A stretch of DNA of 59,078 bases, the filler included, from Catajapyx aquilonaris (Eukaryota): the NCBI GenBank assembly GCA_000934665.2. It is 2 parts of 2 records of this genome, joined end to end, with 100 filler letters (N's around TTAATTAATTAA, not from the genome) between each part and the next. Parts side by side here need not be neighbours in the genome. Positions count along the whole stretch, not along the records: positions 1 to 29,454 come from KZ539221.1; 1 more part is not named here. One strand, 5' to 3'. Below are positions 12,104 to 25,698 of the stretch, piece after piece. How positions within the stretch are numbered: the stretch's first letter is position 1; every line of letters begins with the position of its first letter. The position numbers and the translations under genes are program-made. A model generated the notes under the pieces. That model was not told the DNA's origin and searched no databases. It worked only from the letters and a program-made list of their open reading frames with translations.

Positions 12104-13896
12104 CCGGATGCTAAGGGTTTTAAGTTTGCATTCTGTGATAAAAGTATGAAACTCGGTACACTTATTCTTTGGACACTTCTGAACATATCTGGATGTGGAG
12201 CCACAATGACCTACCTCGCTGGAGGTCACTATCGCCAGGCTGCCAAGTCCAACAGACTGTGCAACATGCATTATTTATATTTGAATAGTGAGCTCGAATT
12301 CGGTGATCAAGACATGTAACTCGCCAGGATTAGTCTTGGGACACTTCGGAACATATCTGGAAGTGGGGCCACGATCACTGACACTGCTGAAAACCACTTT
12401 CGCAGGGTTACCATATTTAACAAACTGTAAAACACGCGTTTAAATTTGAATAAGGAGCTCCAGCAGGGTCGGTCATCGTGGTCCCACGTCCAGATATGTT
12501 TATAAGGCTCGAAAGATCTAGTGTACCGAGTTTCATGTCTTTATCACCGAATGTAAGCTCACTATTCAAAAGAAACGCATGTTTCACAGTCTGTTAGATA
12601 ATTATGGCATAGTGACCTCCATCAGGGTCGGTAATCGTGGACTCTTGTCTGACATGTTCAGAAGTGTTCAAAGACCAATTGTGGCTAATTTCATGTTTTT
12701 ATCACTGAATGCAAGGAAGGAGCAAGGTCCTTATTCATGTAAAGGTATGCTGGACCTGTTCAATTTGGCAACCCTCCGAAAGTGACCTTCAGCTGGGTCA
12801 CCCAACGTGGCCCCACGTCCACATATGCTTGGTCAGAACTGTTCAAAGAACGAGAGTAAGGGAGATCGGGGTCGGTTGTAACACTTTTTAGTCTGGATTT
12901 TTTAATTCAGTTCCAGTCATATGCATTTAGGCAAAGGTTTATGACATGGTGGAAATAAGGCAACATTCCTCTATGTAAAATTAACATTATAAAATCGTAA
13001 GATTAAAAATGGATAGATTTATAAATATTTTTCCAAGGCAAGGCAGAGTGTTACAACCGACCCCATCTAAATGTAACAGACGGCGGGGTCGATTGTAACA
13101 CTGTGTATTAAATGGTAAATGTGATATGGAAGAACAATTTACACTCGGTACTCATCTTCTCGACAATTGTCTTATAGCCTACTTGATCCACCTAGATTAC
13201 TATTTATCTCTCGATGCACTGGAATTTATTCAGCAGAATAGTATTGCAAGAGAATGGATTTTTTATTCATATCAATTTTCGACAAACTGGTTAGAAGAGG
13301 CTTTATTGCACAAAATAATAACGATTTCTACTCTCAATATCCTGTGAGATATGTGAGATGTGTAGCTGTAACATCCGTACACAGACTTCACCTTTCTCCT
13401 ATGATTCTACCCTGTTACAACTGACCCCAAGGAAGCTGTTACAAGCGTCCCCATTGCATGTTGTCTTGTAGATATGCTTACTACTTTTTAACTGTGCACA
13501 TGATTTGGTCATCCATACCGTCAGTGTGACCCCACTAAAGGAACCTTTCTCATGATATACCAAGGGCAAAAAAAAAAAAAAATTCAATGTCACCTCTATC
13601 CTTCACATAATGACTTGATTACTGTCACTTACAAATGTTGGGAACACACGCCTTGATTTTGGTCTTTTGCATATAGAACAAAAAACCAAACAGGAGAAGC
13701 CTAAGTTTGGCGTGGCTGAGAGGCCATAGTGACACACGTGTTGTGTGAGTTTCAGCTTCAGGGCTTTCCAAAGGTATTTAGGCTATTATGGGCGATGTTA
13801 CAACAGGGTACCTGTTACAACCGACCCCGATCTCCATTACCGAGTCACACTTTTATCACAAAGTGCAAAGTTTGGGCCAAACTTTTCCCTTAGCAC
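12104..13896. mobile_element. Older internally repetitive IR element interrupted by 12859-13837
   Basis: TGCTAAGGG...TGTGATAAAAGT..AAACTCGGTAC mirrored at 13838-13896; reconstructed empty site matches internal unit at about 12513. Confidence 0.6.
12859..13837. mobile_element. TA-flanked pogo/Tc1-like non-autonomous element
   Basis: GGAGATCGGGGTCGGTTGTAACA / TGTTACAACCGACCCCGATCTCC with TA on both sides; repeated GTTACAAC motifs. Confidence 0.8.
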
Positions 13897-13901
13897 CTGC
13901 T

Positions 13902-15623
13902 GGGTAATTCCAGGACAGTTCAACCAAAAAAAATTCAAAATGTCACCCCTCATTTTTTTATTTAAATGAAAATTGGCGCAGAGTAACTTAATCACAATAG
14001 TAGCGTAAAACTAATTTTTGTTTCCCCCTACTCTGTCAAGGTCAAGCGTGAAGTCAAGGTCAAAAAATGTATGGAGTGGAAATAGGTCTCTGCATTTCTT
14101 GCCATATCTCAGGAACGACTGGATCTATCGCAACAATTTATATGTCAATCAAGAGAGGGTCGAGAGAGGGTGTCCACAAAATGCCTGAAAATATTTTCAA
14201 AAATCAAATTCGACGCATTTTTGTGAAAGTGAAACTTTGACCTTTGACCCAGCTAGTCAGACACAAGTCACGAGTTTTAAATTTTGAACAATGACTCTAT
14301 ACTCTATTGTTCGTCAGAGAAAAAAGTTTAAAAAAGTAAACTTTTTTGTATTCAAGATATTAATTGACAAAGGGATACGGGTGCAATCGTTCCTCTATAC
14401 ATGGACCTGGGAACGGGGACGCCCAGCTAGTCAGGTGCAAGTTAGGATTTTGAGATTTAGAGCAATGATTCAAAGGACTGTTACCTGCCATTGCTGAAAT
14501 TTTGAAAAATGTAAAGTCTTTTGTATTCAAAATATTAATTGATAACGTTGGCCGAGCGCAACGGTTCCTCTATTATACGTATAGGCTACAGTACATGGCC
14601 ATTAAGTACTGTGGATTCGATATGCCCGCTCCAAATGCTATCATAGCATGCATGCATAACATCAGTGGTGAGGATATGTGATATGGCTAGATTGTTACAA
14701 TAAGTAACCGTGGAAGAGCCGGGGATTTGGTAGTCAATTTTTACAAGTTTAAATTAAGGAACGCATGATCTCTCTCCGCGGTTAGCCTACATAATATGCC
14801 CCAACTGTGGAGACTGGGATAGCCCCCCAAAAAAGTGTCTCGTTGCATTCCAGTGATTTTCTGGGAGAGAAACAGCAGATGTTTATTTGTGGAGCGGGCA
14901 TATCGAATCCACAGTACTTCATGGCCATGTACTGTAGCCTATACGTATAATAGAGGAACCGTTGCGCTCGGCCAACGTTATCAATTAATATTTTGAATAC
15001 AAAAGACTTTACATTTTTCAAAATTTCAGCAGTGGCAGGTAACAGTCCTTTGAATCATTGCTCTAAATCTCAAAATCCTAACTTGCACCTGACTAGCTGG
15101 GCGTCCCCGTTCCCAGGTCCATGTATAGAGGAACGATTGCACCCGTATCCCTTTGTCAATTAATATCTTGAATACAAAATAGTTTACTTTTTTAAACTTT
15201 TTTCTCTGACGAACAGTAGAGTATAGAGTCATTGTTCAAAATTTAAAACTCGTGACTTGTGTCTGACTAGCTGGGTCAAAGGTCAAAGCTTCACTTTCAC
15301 AAAAATGCGTCGAATTTGATTTTTGAAAATATTTTCAGGCATTTTGTGGACACCCTCTCTCGACCCTCTCTTGATTGACATATAAATTGTTGCGATGGAT
15401 CCAGTCGTTCCTGAGATATGGCAAGAAATGCAGAGACCTATTTCCACTCCATACATTTTTTGACCTTGACTTCACGCTTGACCTTGACAGAGTAGGGGGA
15501 AACAAAAATTAGTTTTACGCTACTATTGTGATTAAGGTACTGTGCGCCAATTTTCATTTAAATAAAAAAAAATGAAGGGTGACATTTTGAATTTTTTTTG
15601 GTTGAACTGTCCTGGAATTACCC
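13902..15623. mobile_element. Long fold-back, ~730-bp nearly identical arms (13902-14633 / 14890-15623); Sola2-like termini
   Basis: GGGTAATTCCAGG...CCTGGAATTACCC; terminus resembles GGGCAATTCC element at 54962 that has a 4-bp TSD; TSD here imperfect. Confidence 0.85.
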
Positions 15624-16032
15624 ACCTGGGATATTCGCCCTTTCTCCTTACACTGTTTTTTGGATACTCGCCGGAACCACTTCCTCGTACAGGCACATTG
15701 TTCCACCTACACATCTGCTGTTTCACCAAAACATGTGGTGGATGATGCCAACTTAAGATACGCATTTTTGCAATTTTTTGAAAAATGGGATATTCGCCCT
15801 TTCTCCTTAATGCCGACGATATACTTGTACGTGCTATTTTTGCATGTCACATGGTGACATGCAAAAATAGCGCTTAGATGTTAACCCTAAAACGAGCCGT
15901 AATTGAAAACCTTTCTTTGTGGATCAAAACATGTGGAAATACCTAGTGAAATGTTGGAATCTTTAGTGACAGCCAAATCATATTTTCAAATTAAAATGGT
16001 CAAAAATATCAGAAACTATCCATTGCTGATTT

Positions 16033-16692
16033 CACTATGCAATCACGATATTTGTCCATGGAAATTTATTGATATTTAAATGTTTCTTAGGTCATTTGTA
16101 ACTCATAATGACCATTCATTTTGTTTCGATTTGATTTTGACCTCGGGGCAGTCAAAAAACCAAAATCCTCCAATGTAGCAGTTTTTTCCCAACCAAGTGG
16201 GCCTAAATGTTACTAGACCATCTCGGATTTTTCTGAAAATAATCACAGCTACACACCTATGCCGTAATACTGAATATAAAGTTTCAGCCAAATTGTGAAA
16301 TACCGTGGCGAAGGAAAAATTCGCGAAATTTTGGAAATGGGGCCTTTTTTGGATTTTTTTTTCGGTTATTGGAAGTGGTCAAAACCCAATCAACATATAC
16401 ATCAAATGAAACAGATACGCGAGTAGAATGCGCCTATAGAATTTGTTTTTCTGGAAAATGCACTCAGAAAAACATGTGTGGCATTTCATCAGTCATTCCA
16501 TTTAGGTCCACTTGATTGGGAAAAACTGCTATATTTGAGGATTTTGGTTTTTTGACTGCCCCGAGGTCAAAAACAAATCAAATACAAAATGAATGCCCAT
16601 TATGAGTTACTTGTGACCTAAGGAACACGAATATGACCATAAATTTTCATGGACAAAAAAAATAAATTAAATTTTGTTGCATAGCGGTAGTG
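16033..16692. mobile_element. IR element, ~160-bp arms (16052-16209 / 16499-16655)
   Basis: TTGACCTCGGGGCAGTCAAAAAACCAAAATCCTC mirrored; ends approximate. Confidence 0.65.
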
Positions 16693-16879
16693 TTTTCCGA
16701 AAATAAAGTGACAGACCACAATAATTGACACAAGTGACAAAAATAATTCTACTTTCTTTGACATCATTACTGATATCTCATCTCAAGAAATAAAAATAGG
16801 CATCCTTGCAGGGACACAAAATGTAATTCTGCAGCGAGTGCGGCATTTTCTCCTAACTCTAATGCAAATCCTCCATAAC

Positions 16880-17268
16880 ACCGAAGCAGTAGTGGCGGAG
16901 GGGATTTGGTATCCGACTGCTAATCGGGAGGTCCTGGGTTCGAGTCCCGGAGGCCGGCGGTCCTGACCTTGGTTTTCTGTGGTTTTCCAAGGTCGCCCCA
17001 CGAATAATTTCCGGGATCGTACCGTAAAATAGGCCACAGCCGCTTCCTTCCTCTCCCTGTCCTGGAGGAGGTGCGGGTTAGTCGGGGGTTTCTAACTCGC
17101 ATCTAGGGGATCATCTTGGCGAACGGGCCCCCTGAGGGACTGCACACGACCCCCAACTTGATGACATTGCACATGCACCAGTGTCCCCCCCCCTCCTATC
17201 CCCACCCTGTCCCTGCACATAGTGGTATTCCACTCCATGGCTCTAGCACGGGGTATATCTAAAAAAAA
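16880..17268 (+). mobile_element. tRNA-derived SINE
   Basis: B-box GGTTCGAGTCCC; central GGTTTTCTGTGGTTTTCC...AATAGGCCACAGCCGCTTCCTTCC body of the kind common in insect SINEs; poly-A; 14-bp TSD AAATCCTCCATAAC. Confidence 0.88.
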
Positions 17269-17484
17269 AAATCCTCCATAACTCTAAGGCACATACACAT
17301 TTTGTTAAAAGAATGTTAAAATCCTGATCATATAAAAGCCATGAAGTTGGGTTAGGGCTTAGGCACAGAGTCAACCTCACTCCCCTACAGGATTGACTCT
17401 ACCAGCCTTGGTTGAGTGCATGCTGAAGTGCCAGATGGAGTCATGAGGCTGAGGCATGTGGCTCTGTAGCCCTGTCATGAACTA

Positions 17485-18481
17485 ACAGGAGGGGGGGGGG
17501 GGGATTAAGTGGGCTCTGTCAGATTTGCATGAAACTTGCACAGTAGGTGTATCGCAGGCCTACAATTTCACTGGTATGAGCCATTTTCTGCTACGGCCAG
17601 CCGTTTTCGATCTATGAGGGACAATAGATGCGCATGGGTGCGTTCAGGAGAGTAAGGTGAGGGGACGGGAAGAGCTAGCAAAGCGGGCTGTTCAGTTTCC
17701 AGGGGCACCCGGCTAGTAAACAACAAGGTACCCAACAGCGCAATGCTCCAGGGAGGGTTCGAATCACATTAGAATCATCTTCAGTTGTTGTTCCACTAGA
17801 AAGCTGCTTTGCAAGTGATGCCTGGTTTAATTTTTGACTGGTTTTCCTCCAATCACTGATTTGTGATTGTGTGCCCGAAAGATTTTGAGGAAAATAAGCC
17901 CACAAGTGCATTAGACCAACTCATCGGAAGGAAAGGTTTCGAGTGGTTTCTGGCAGATGGTTTCGGATGATGTCTGCACGAAAGTGTGCAGCAGAGTCTC
18001 GAAGCAGCTACCCTCTCTGTTTTGTTCCTGATTTGCGTCGAAAGTTGTGGTTATTGCGTCATGTCGATAAGAGGCGTGCAACGTGGGTCCCATAAATGAA
18101 GGGAACCGTGCATTGTCTTATGGGTACAGGGTAAAGGTAATGCGGGACGGAAAAAAGCAAACATAAAATTAACCAATTATTATTACTGGTCCTGAATTTG
18201 ATTCGAACCCTCCCTGGAGCATTGCGTTGTTGGTTACCTTGTTATTTACTAGTCGGGTGCCCCTGGAAACTGAACAGCTCTCTTTCCAAGCTCTTTCCGT
18301 TCACTTACCTTACTCTCCTGAACGCACCCATGCAGATATATTGTCCCTCATAGATCCACAACGGCTGGCCGTAGCAGGGAATGGCCCATACCAGTGAAAT
18401 TGTAGGCCTGTGATACACCTACTGTGCAAGTTTCATGCAAATCTGACAGAGTCCACTTCATGCCCCCCCCCCCCCCCCTGT
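17485..18481. mobile_element. Fold-back element with G/C-run ends, ~290-bp arms
   Basis: Gn...AAGTGG.CTCTGTCAGATTTGCATGAAACTTGCACAG mirrored at 18199-18481. Confidence 0.8.
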
Positions 18482-18843
18482 AGGTGAGGTGCAGGTGGGG
18501 GACATGGACAACCCCATAGAGGTGTAAAATAACTTATCTTTCTGGAAACATTGTACAGGTTGTAGGGTTGAAGTCAAGTAACTATGCTAGTTTTTCATTA
18601 TCGCAAGGGGGGCTACTTTGTGGCAAATCAGTTTTTTAATTCTCGTCCCACTATTATTTTAAATTTTTGACTGAAACTATCCCCGGTAGATGGCTAAATA
18701 AATGGTGCTACCTATAGGCCAGCTGGGAGAGCTCCTAGACCTTGTGCACTGTTGGCATTCACATTCCAAGTTTCCACCGTGCGAGGATTGTCGCCATGTC
18801 GGCTCTTCTTTCGATTACTTTCCCTAATAACGATTGGCACAGG

Positions 18844-20198
18844 TGTAGTAGGAATCAGAACATGATGAACTTTTAAAAAAATGGTAGAGCTGTATGGTAA
18901 ATTGCAACAGTGCAAGGGTTTGGGCTGGTCATGGTAGGAGGGGGTCAGATAAGTGAGACCCTTCCTAATCTACCCTCCTTGGGCTTATAGCAGATGGGGT
19001 AGTGGACCTAAACTAATCCGATAACTTTTTAAAGACGCACCTTTTTGCAATGGGGAAGTAGCTTTCATTTTGGAAACTACATAATAAATTCGCCCATATT
19101 TTTTGGATTTTTTTGGCATATTCCGTTTTAAGATATCAGTTTCAGTTCCGGAGTAATTGGGGTTTTTATGTAGGCTAATGGTGACGTCACTGTTAGCCTA
19201 GAAAATGTTGTCGTCACGCGAAGTGAAATGAACGCAAAAATGGTGTTATAGAACGCGGCCCGTCATTGTTGTAACATGCTTCGCTGTTGTTAGCAACCGT
19301 CCCATTCCGTGAGCAAGATAGCGGCCGGGGCGCGTATTTATTCCAGGTCGCTCAAGCCGCTTTGTACATAGCAGTGATGCCACCAGGTCGGAATTATCTG
19401 TCACCCGAATTCGGCACATGAAGGCCCCTTTTCTTCACCTCGATGGCCTACAGCCGCCTTGCGAATGCTTTCCGTCGTGTCCGCGGTTAATTAAAAGTCA
19501 AATTCCTCATATCTCGCAGTCAACCAGGCATTTCAGTGTACCCTTTCGATTGGCACCACCCGGCCGGGGCATTTTTCCCGCCAATTTTGAAGGCACTTTT
19601 AAATGTGCCGTAATTTATCCAGTAATGTCATTTTGATGCAACAAAGTGATGGAATGTATGTTTACAGGCATGGGCTAGCTAGTTAAGAACAAAAATCCCA
19701 AATCCGAGATCAAGGCTACTTCCCCATTATGACAGCAAATATGAATTCTAAAGTGTCGAAAACCTATATTTTCATACCTGATTCATACCAGGCATGTCAA
19801 AAGTAGATAACTTCAACAAGTTTTCTTAATATATACATATGGGTTTCCGTGGACCTGTTTGTGACATGCCTGGTACGAATCGAGTATGAAAAGATAGGTT
19901 TTCGACACCTTAGAATTCATATTTGCCGTCAAAAAATGCAAAAAGGTGCGTCCTTAATAAAGTTATCGGATTATTTTAAAAGATCCACTTCCCCACCTGC
20001 TACAAGCGAGAAGGGTAGATTAGGAAGGGTCTCACTTATCTGACCCCCTCCTACTGTGGCCCACGGAACCATGAGTGAACGAAACTAAGCTGGATTTACT
20101 CAAGTCTCCGTGCTGTGGCCAGCCCAAACCCTGGCACTGTTGCCATTTACAGCTCTACCATTTTTTTTTAAGTTCATCATGTTCTGGTTCCTACTATA
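18844..20198. mobile_element. IR element (~200-bp arms) with small nested MITE at about 19730-19931
   Basis: GTAGGAA.CAGAACATGATGAACTT...GGGGTCAGATAAGTGAGACCCTTCCTAATCTACCC mirrored; nested TGAC.GCAAATATGAATTCTAA IR splits the right arm. Confidence 0.75.
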
Positions 20199-20992
20199 CT
20201 AAGGAAGTGCACAATACAACATATACATTTTAAAATATATAATAGGAAAACCCTCGCTTCGCTCGCATTTTTCAATGCCACAGGCAAAGAAAGCCACTCG
20301 CTTCACTCGCGTTTTTCTAGGCCTGCGGCCTGGGGTGCTGGGGGCCATATTGTTAACTGCTTCGGACTTCGGTGGCCACCATCTTATTACGTTGGAAAAA
20401 TTCACTGTTGAAATGCTATGCTACAGTCTTACTTAGGGGCTCCCGCCCTTAAAATAAGGTGTTACTTTAGTACTTTTGCAGGGTAACTTTGTGACAGCAT
20501 CAAGTTGTTTCAAAGTCAGTCCACGGATATTATTTAAGTTTTGATCTATATTCCGATCCTTTTAGGGTACCTTCCAACTGGGAATTATAGTGGATTTATA
20601 GTGGATTTATAGTAATCCACAGAAAAACTAAGAAAATCAGCCGCCGAGGACATAAAGTTAAGGACTTGAACTAAAAGACCACAAAAATGACCAGATGTTT
20701 TTCTTAATACCGTATCACAATATGAATGATCAATTTTATAAAATAATGCATCATTGTAAAGATGATAATTTTTCTATTAATAAAGAGTGCGTGGCTTTAC
20801 TTTGTTACAGTTTCTGTTTTTCAGGTTTAACCTTAAGGAAATGAGCATTGTCGCAAATGTAAATATTTTTGTAATGGATTCAGTTATCGATATGATCTGC
20901 ACACGAATATGTAGAGGAAGGATGAGGGTACAAAAATCAACGAGACATTTCTTGAGAAAACATTAAACCATTTCTGCTGATATGAAAAATAT

Positions 20993-21325
20993 GGTGAGGC
21001 GGAGTGGCGCTGCGGTAACGTATGCGCCCACGGATGTTAAGGTCCCAGGCTCGATCCCAACCCGGGGACACCCCCTTCATCTCGTGCAGCGTTCAGGGTC
21101 ACCTCTGGCTTCGTCTCGGGTGATATTTCCAACAGACTAAACCACCCGGGGGAGTTCACTAAAAATGGCCATGTTAAAGACATTGCGCTGCACCTTGCAC
21201 ATCCCCTCCTGTCATCCTGCCCGTGGGCCCGGGTGATTCATTCAAGGTTCCAGCATTGTACTGCAATATAATAAAAGTCCGTGCTCCACACCTGATACAG
21301 TCTAGCACTACCCGGATTATTATTA

Positions 21326-21372
<47 letters not shown>
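20993..21372 (+). mobile_element. tRNA-derived SINE with (ATT)n tail
   Basis: A-box TGGCGCTGCGGTAA, B-box-like GGCTCGATCCC, (ATT)n tail, TSD ATATGAAAA(A)TAT. Confidence 0.8.
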
Positions 21373-21376
<4 letters not shown>

Positions 21377-21695
21377 GAAAATATCAAAACTGTCACTTAC
21401 GGTATCTATGCTGTTTGCACTTGACCTGAATTCAACCCTGAACTGACACTGGTTCCTCAATCTCATGCTTTTTGTAGTGATTATGTCTTTTGGCCTAGGT
21501 TTTTTGACACTCCCTTGGAGATTTGAGATATAGTTCCACTGCATGTAAAAATATACCCGCATCTGGTACACTTCTCTACAAACTAGAAAGCCAATTACTA
21601 TGTGTATCATGTGAGGGCTACATTTTGTTTGCAAAAATGTTAGGCTACTCATGTTACTCCTCCTGTAAATCAGTGTAAAGCAAATACATACTGAC

Positions 21696-22261
21696 CATTG
21701 CATTGTATCTGTGGCAGGCGAATATTCGGTATTAGAAACCGAACAACTTGGAATATGGAACCAGCACTGGAAGCAACCCAAACTTGCTTCTCTGGAGCAC
21801 CTAGCACTGATTGACACTGCTCCTGACGCAGAACTACATCTGCAGTGGATAACAACAAGTGCAGATAGTCAGAAACTGGACTCTGAAGACTCCCAGAGGC
21901 AGTCTCCAGGCACAACACACCAACATGTGTCACTGCTGGAACCACCTCTGATGGCAAGTCCCGTTGTGATTCAACATAAGCTTTTAATGCTGGGAGTAAG
22001 TCCATCAGCAAATGCCACACTGTGTCATCCTGCAGAAACCTCTCCAAGCGGGTGGATCCTGGGACATCCCACTCAATCGGTGGGTTGAAGACCTTATTAG
22101 TATGGGGTGTAGATTGGACAAACTCTGATACTCGCTTCAAGAGGATGGCTGATGATGCCTTGTGAAGATCTACAAATTCTGATGATTGGACAAAATATTT
22201 AAGGAGGGAGAGGTCAAAGCCAGGTTCTTCCATGACATCTAGGGCCTCTTGTACATCCAGC
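21696..22261 (-). CDS. htt: Huntingtin exon (most 5' visible)
   Basis: Polypyrimidine Tn-CAG acceptor, open helical Leu-rich frame, GTCAGT donor leaving phase 1 that joins 10687 in frame (…IQCN-V-LASLL…), same strand and order as the confident HTT exons. Confidence 0.8.
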
Positions 22262-23761
22262 CTGAAAAAAAAAAGTCATTCATACTAATTGCATAATAAA
22301 ATGTTGGGAGCACTGTACGGTAGTTAGTGTACTACCAATTGAAATGACTTCATACCAAAAAGAACATGAAAATTCAATGAGAACCTCCTCATCCTCTAAG
22401 AATGTACGAGTATTTCAGGATTTATTTTGTCAAGTCGTGCATCGTAACTTTTAGTGGAGACTTGCACCTATGAATATCAGAAGCAAATGTAAAACTCAGT
22501 TTTGTCCTATCAGGTTTATGAGTTGTAGGAATTTGCAATTTTTATACTTTCAAATAGCCACAGAAAGAAATATATTATAAGGTGCAGGGACTTAAATTTT
22601 GATGATAGATCATATCAAATTTCATGATTCAAATTATTATTTTCTACAACTGACACTTAATGAAATTGATGATGAGGCAAAGCTGATTGGACCATGTGGC
22701 AACCCCCCACATTCATGTAGGTGACCTTTTTTCCAGCCCACACAGCACACAACTATACTGTACTCCCGATTATCCGTGCTAGTGAATTCACGGGTGTTGT
22801 TGAATAATCGGAAAACACAGACAACACTGTTCTACAAAATTACACTTTTATCTATTTTCTGAAGATGCGAATGGTGATTCCTATTTTAATTTCTGCGCTG
22901 AATCCGAATATCTGCTCAGGCGGTTTCTGTCAGGCACAGCTTCTGAGATGTATCGTTTTAAAGTTTGGAACGGTTTACTAGGGGTCTTTCCGAATCAAGT
23001 GGGCCTCATTGTTGCTAGACCTTCTCGGATCTTGGTGAAAATAATAGCACATGTACACTACCCTGCATTAATGGCTATGTACAGACATCGTCACCTGGCG
23101 GCCAGCAGCTTGACCAGCAGCTGCGTCCTAAATACTTGGACAGTTCAAGACTACTCACGAGACCGCTCAAGACATCGCGGTGAATTCAAACGCTTGCTAC
23201 AAAGCTGATAGATATATCATATGTATCGATGGGATGGATTATAAAACCATTTTGATTCCTCTCAATGCACTGAAGTTGTGAACCAGTTTATTACACGGAC
23301 CACAATAATGCTTATTAGTAATATTATTGTCTCTTGTTCATGTGTTTGAGATGGCCAGGTGGATTGTTCCTGGTCATCGCTGGTAACCCCATCTTGGGAA
23401 TATGCCGGGAGTGTAATGAATGATTGAAGGAATGAATTGTCTCTTGTTATTAAATGTGCAGCATGCTGTATAGGGGGCTTTTGGGAGTGCGGGTCTCTTA
23501 TCATTTCACTGTTAAATTGAGGAGTTTTTAATACACTGTAGTCAGTGATGGGCACTAAATACTTGAATGTAATTAAATGCTAAATACTAAATACTGCATA
23601 AGAAAGTAATTCATACTAAATACTAAATGCATACTTTTGTAAATTCATTTCAAATGCATGTTTTGTTAATGTGCAACTAATTTCTTACCATCATTCTTTG
23701 AATAAAAATAAGTAAACATAACAGATTTCTACTTTTATATCCAGTCTAAAATTAGCTATAT

Positions 23762-24106
23762 ATTTTTTCTCTCGAAATACCCTGTAATGTCCCTTACGGG
23801 ATCTATTGGGGGGTGGCATACCACCATCAGTTTCCTATATTTTTTCAACTTCATTCTCCGGTGCAAGAAACAGGGACATTGGGAAAGGATATGGATTTTT
23901 TGGGGAGGGAACATGGGTGCAAGTGCAATGTCGGTAAAGGGATCATGTGCTGTTCCCCAGGAGGTTAGGTTGCCAGACACCTCCTTGGTGCAGGTTAGAG
24001 ACCCTCCTGACACAGGCGAAAGGAAAACTCCCCAGGCGGGGATCGAACCTGGGGCCTTTCACTCAGCAAGCCAAGACGTTACCATCTCGGCCATCTACAC
24101 CTCCCC
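23762..24106 (-). mobile_element. tRNA-derived SINE
   Basis: A-box TGGCCGAGATGGTAA, B-box GGTTCGATCCC; 11-bp TSD ATTAGCTATAT (23751-23761, 24107-24117). Confidence 0.85.
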
Positions 24107-24263
24107 ATTAGCTATATGTTATCAAGACTTCAACATCAGGAAAAGGGTAAGTTAATAATAATAACAGAATGACAAATGAAAATCAAAAGTTAGTGATTCC
24201 AGTGAATTTTTTTAAATTGCTGCCCAATAAAAAAGCTATGGAAAGTATTTACGATATGTATTT

Positions 24264-25618
24264 GAACCTCGGAATCGGAAAACAGCCTAAGGGGATATCA
24301 AAATGACTTGGCACTTATGCACTTGTAGCTCTGAGCCTCGCTGTACGCCAAACGGAGCATCGCAGGTGCACCAAACTCGGGTGGTAGGTGCGCCTGGCGA
24401 ATCCATGACGACACAAGGTGTCAGGAATCCGATACGAGTAACGAGTGACGAATGGGAGCGGTGTCTTTGACCTCCCACCCTCTGGACACCCTCGTAAAGT
24501 TAGTCTGTTTTCCGACTCCCATGCGAGTTCGAGGCCACGCTGACCCCTCTGCAGGTCACAGTGATTGTCGCACTTGGGTTAAAAAATTTTGGTACTTTTC
24601 TTGCGGCGAATGCGTACCTATCCCCAGTATCACGGTACCGATAGCACAAACGAGTCAAATGCGGCACTGGTTTTTCTTACCCCCATCCCTTTTTTATTTC
24701 CGATTCCAATGCCTTCTTTTTAGTGTATAAATACATTTTAAAACAGATAAAGGAATATGGTCAATAAAAGTAACTGGAAACCTCAATATATGTCGTGTGG
24801 AGCCGCTTTTTATATCAAAGCCGCATCAGATATCGCATAATTGCGTAGGCTACAATGTACAACATGTGCTGCTGCATGTTGCTAATGGTGTCGCCAACCG
24901 GTTGTGTACAGTACATAGGCGTGCATGTTGTGTACACATCCCTACACCAAGTATAATCTACTGCACTATAGGCGACATCCCAGGAGGGGGATCAGATAAA
25001 CCAGTGCCGCATTTGACTCGTCTGTGCTGTCGGTTTCGTGACACCGGGGATAAGTTCGAATTCGCCGCTAGAAAAATGCTATTTTGGTTTGGTTCAGGTG
25101 CGACAATCACTGATCAGCAGAGGGGTCAACGTGGCCTCGAACTCGCATTGGAATCGGAAATAAAAAAGGGATGGGGGTAAGAAAAACCAGTGCCGCATTT
25201 GACTCGTTAGTGCTATCGGTACCGTGATACCGGGGATAGGTACGCATTCGCCGCAAGAAAAATACCAATTTTTTAAAACCCAAGTGCGACAATCACTGTG
25301 ACCTGCTGAGGGGTCAACGTGGCCTCGAACTCGCATGGGAGTCGGAAAACAGACTAACTTTACGGGGGTGTCCAGAGGGTGGGGGGACCCCTAAGACACC
25401 GCTCCCATTCGTCACTCGTTACTCGTATCGGATCCTGACACCTTGTATCGTCATGGATTCGCCAGGCAGGTGCACCAAACTCGGGTGGTAGGTGCTACCA
25501 CCCGAGTTTGGTGCACCTGCGATGCTCCGTTTGGCGTACAGCGAGGCTCAGAGCAACAAGTGCATAAGTGCCAAGTCATTTTGACGTCCACTTAGTCTGT
25601 TTTCCGATTCCGAGGTTC
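24264..25618. mobile_element. Sola-like fold-back, ~450-bp arms, extra ~187-bp tandem unit in right arm
   Basis: GAACCTCGGAATCGGAAAACAG / CTGTTTTCCGATTCCGAGGTTC with perfect 4-bp ATTT TSD (AWWT-type). Confidence 0.8.
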
Positions 25619-25698
25619 ATTTAAATACTGCCCATCTCTTGTGAAGTGCCCGCCCGGCTGTAGAGGGCACGACACATGGGAACTAGGCCCAGGTACCA

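Larger units (their letters stand above)
23543..25640. mobile_element. hAT-like MITE split by a SINE and a fold-back
   Basis: CAGTGATGGGCA...(AAATACT)n start and AAATACTGCCCATCTCT end. Confidence 0.6.

Noticed and set aside
16880..16960. tRNA genes here and at 20993, 24030, 1791, 26012
   Set aside because: Cloverleaves are degenerate and sit in SINE or TIR-element contexts
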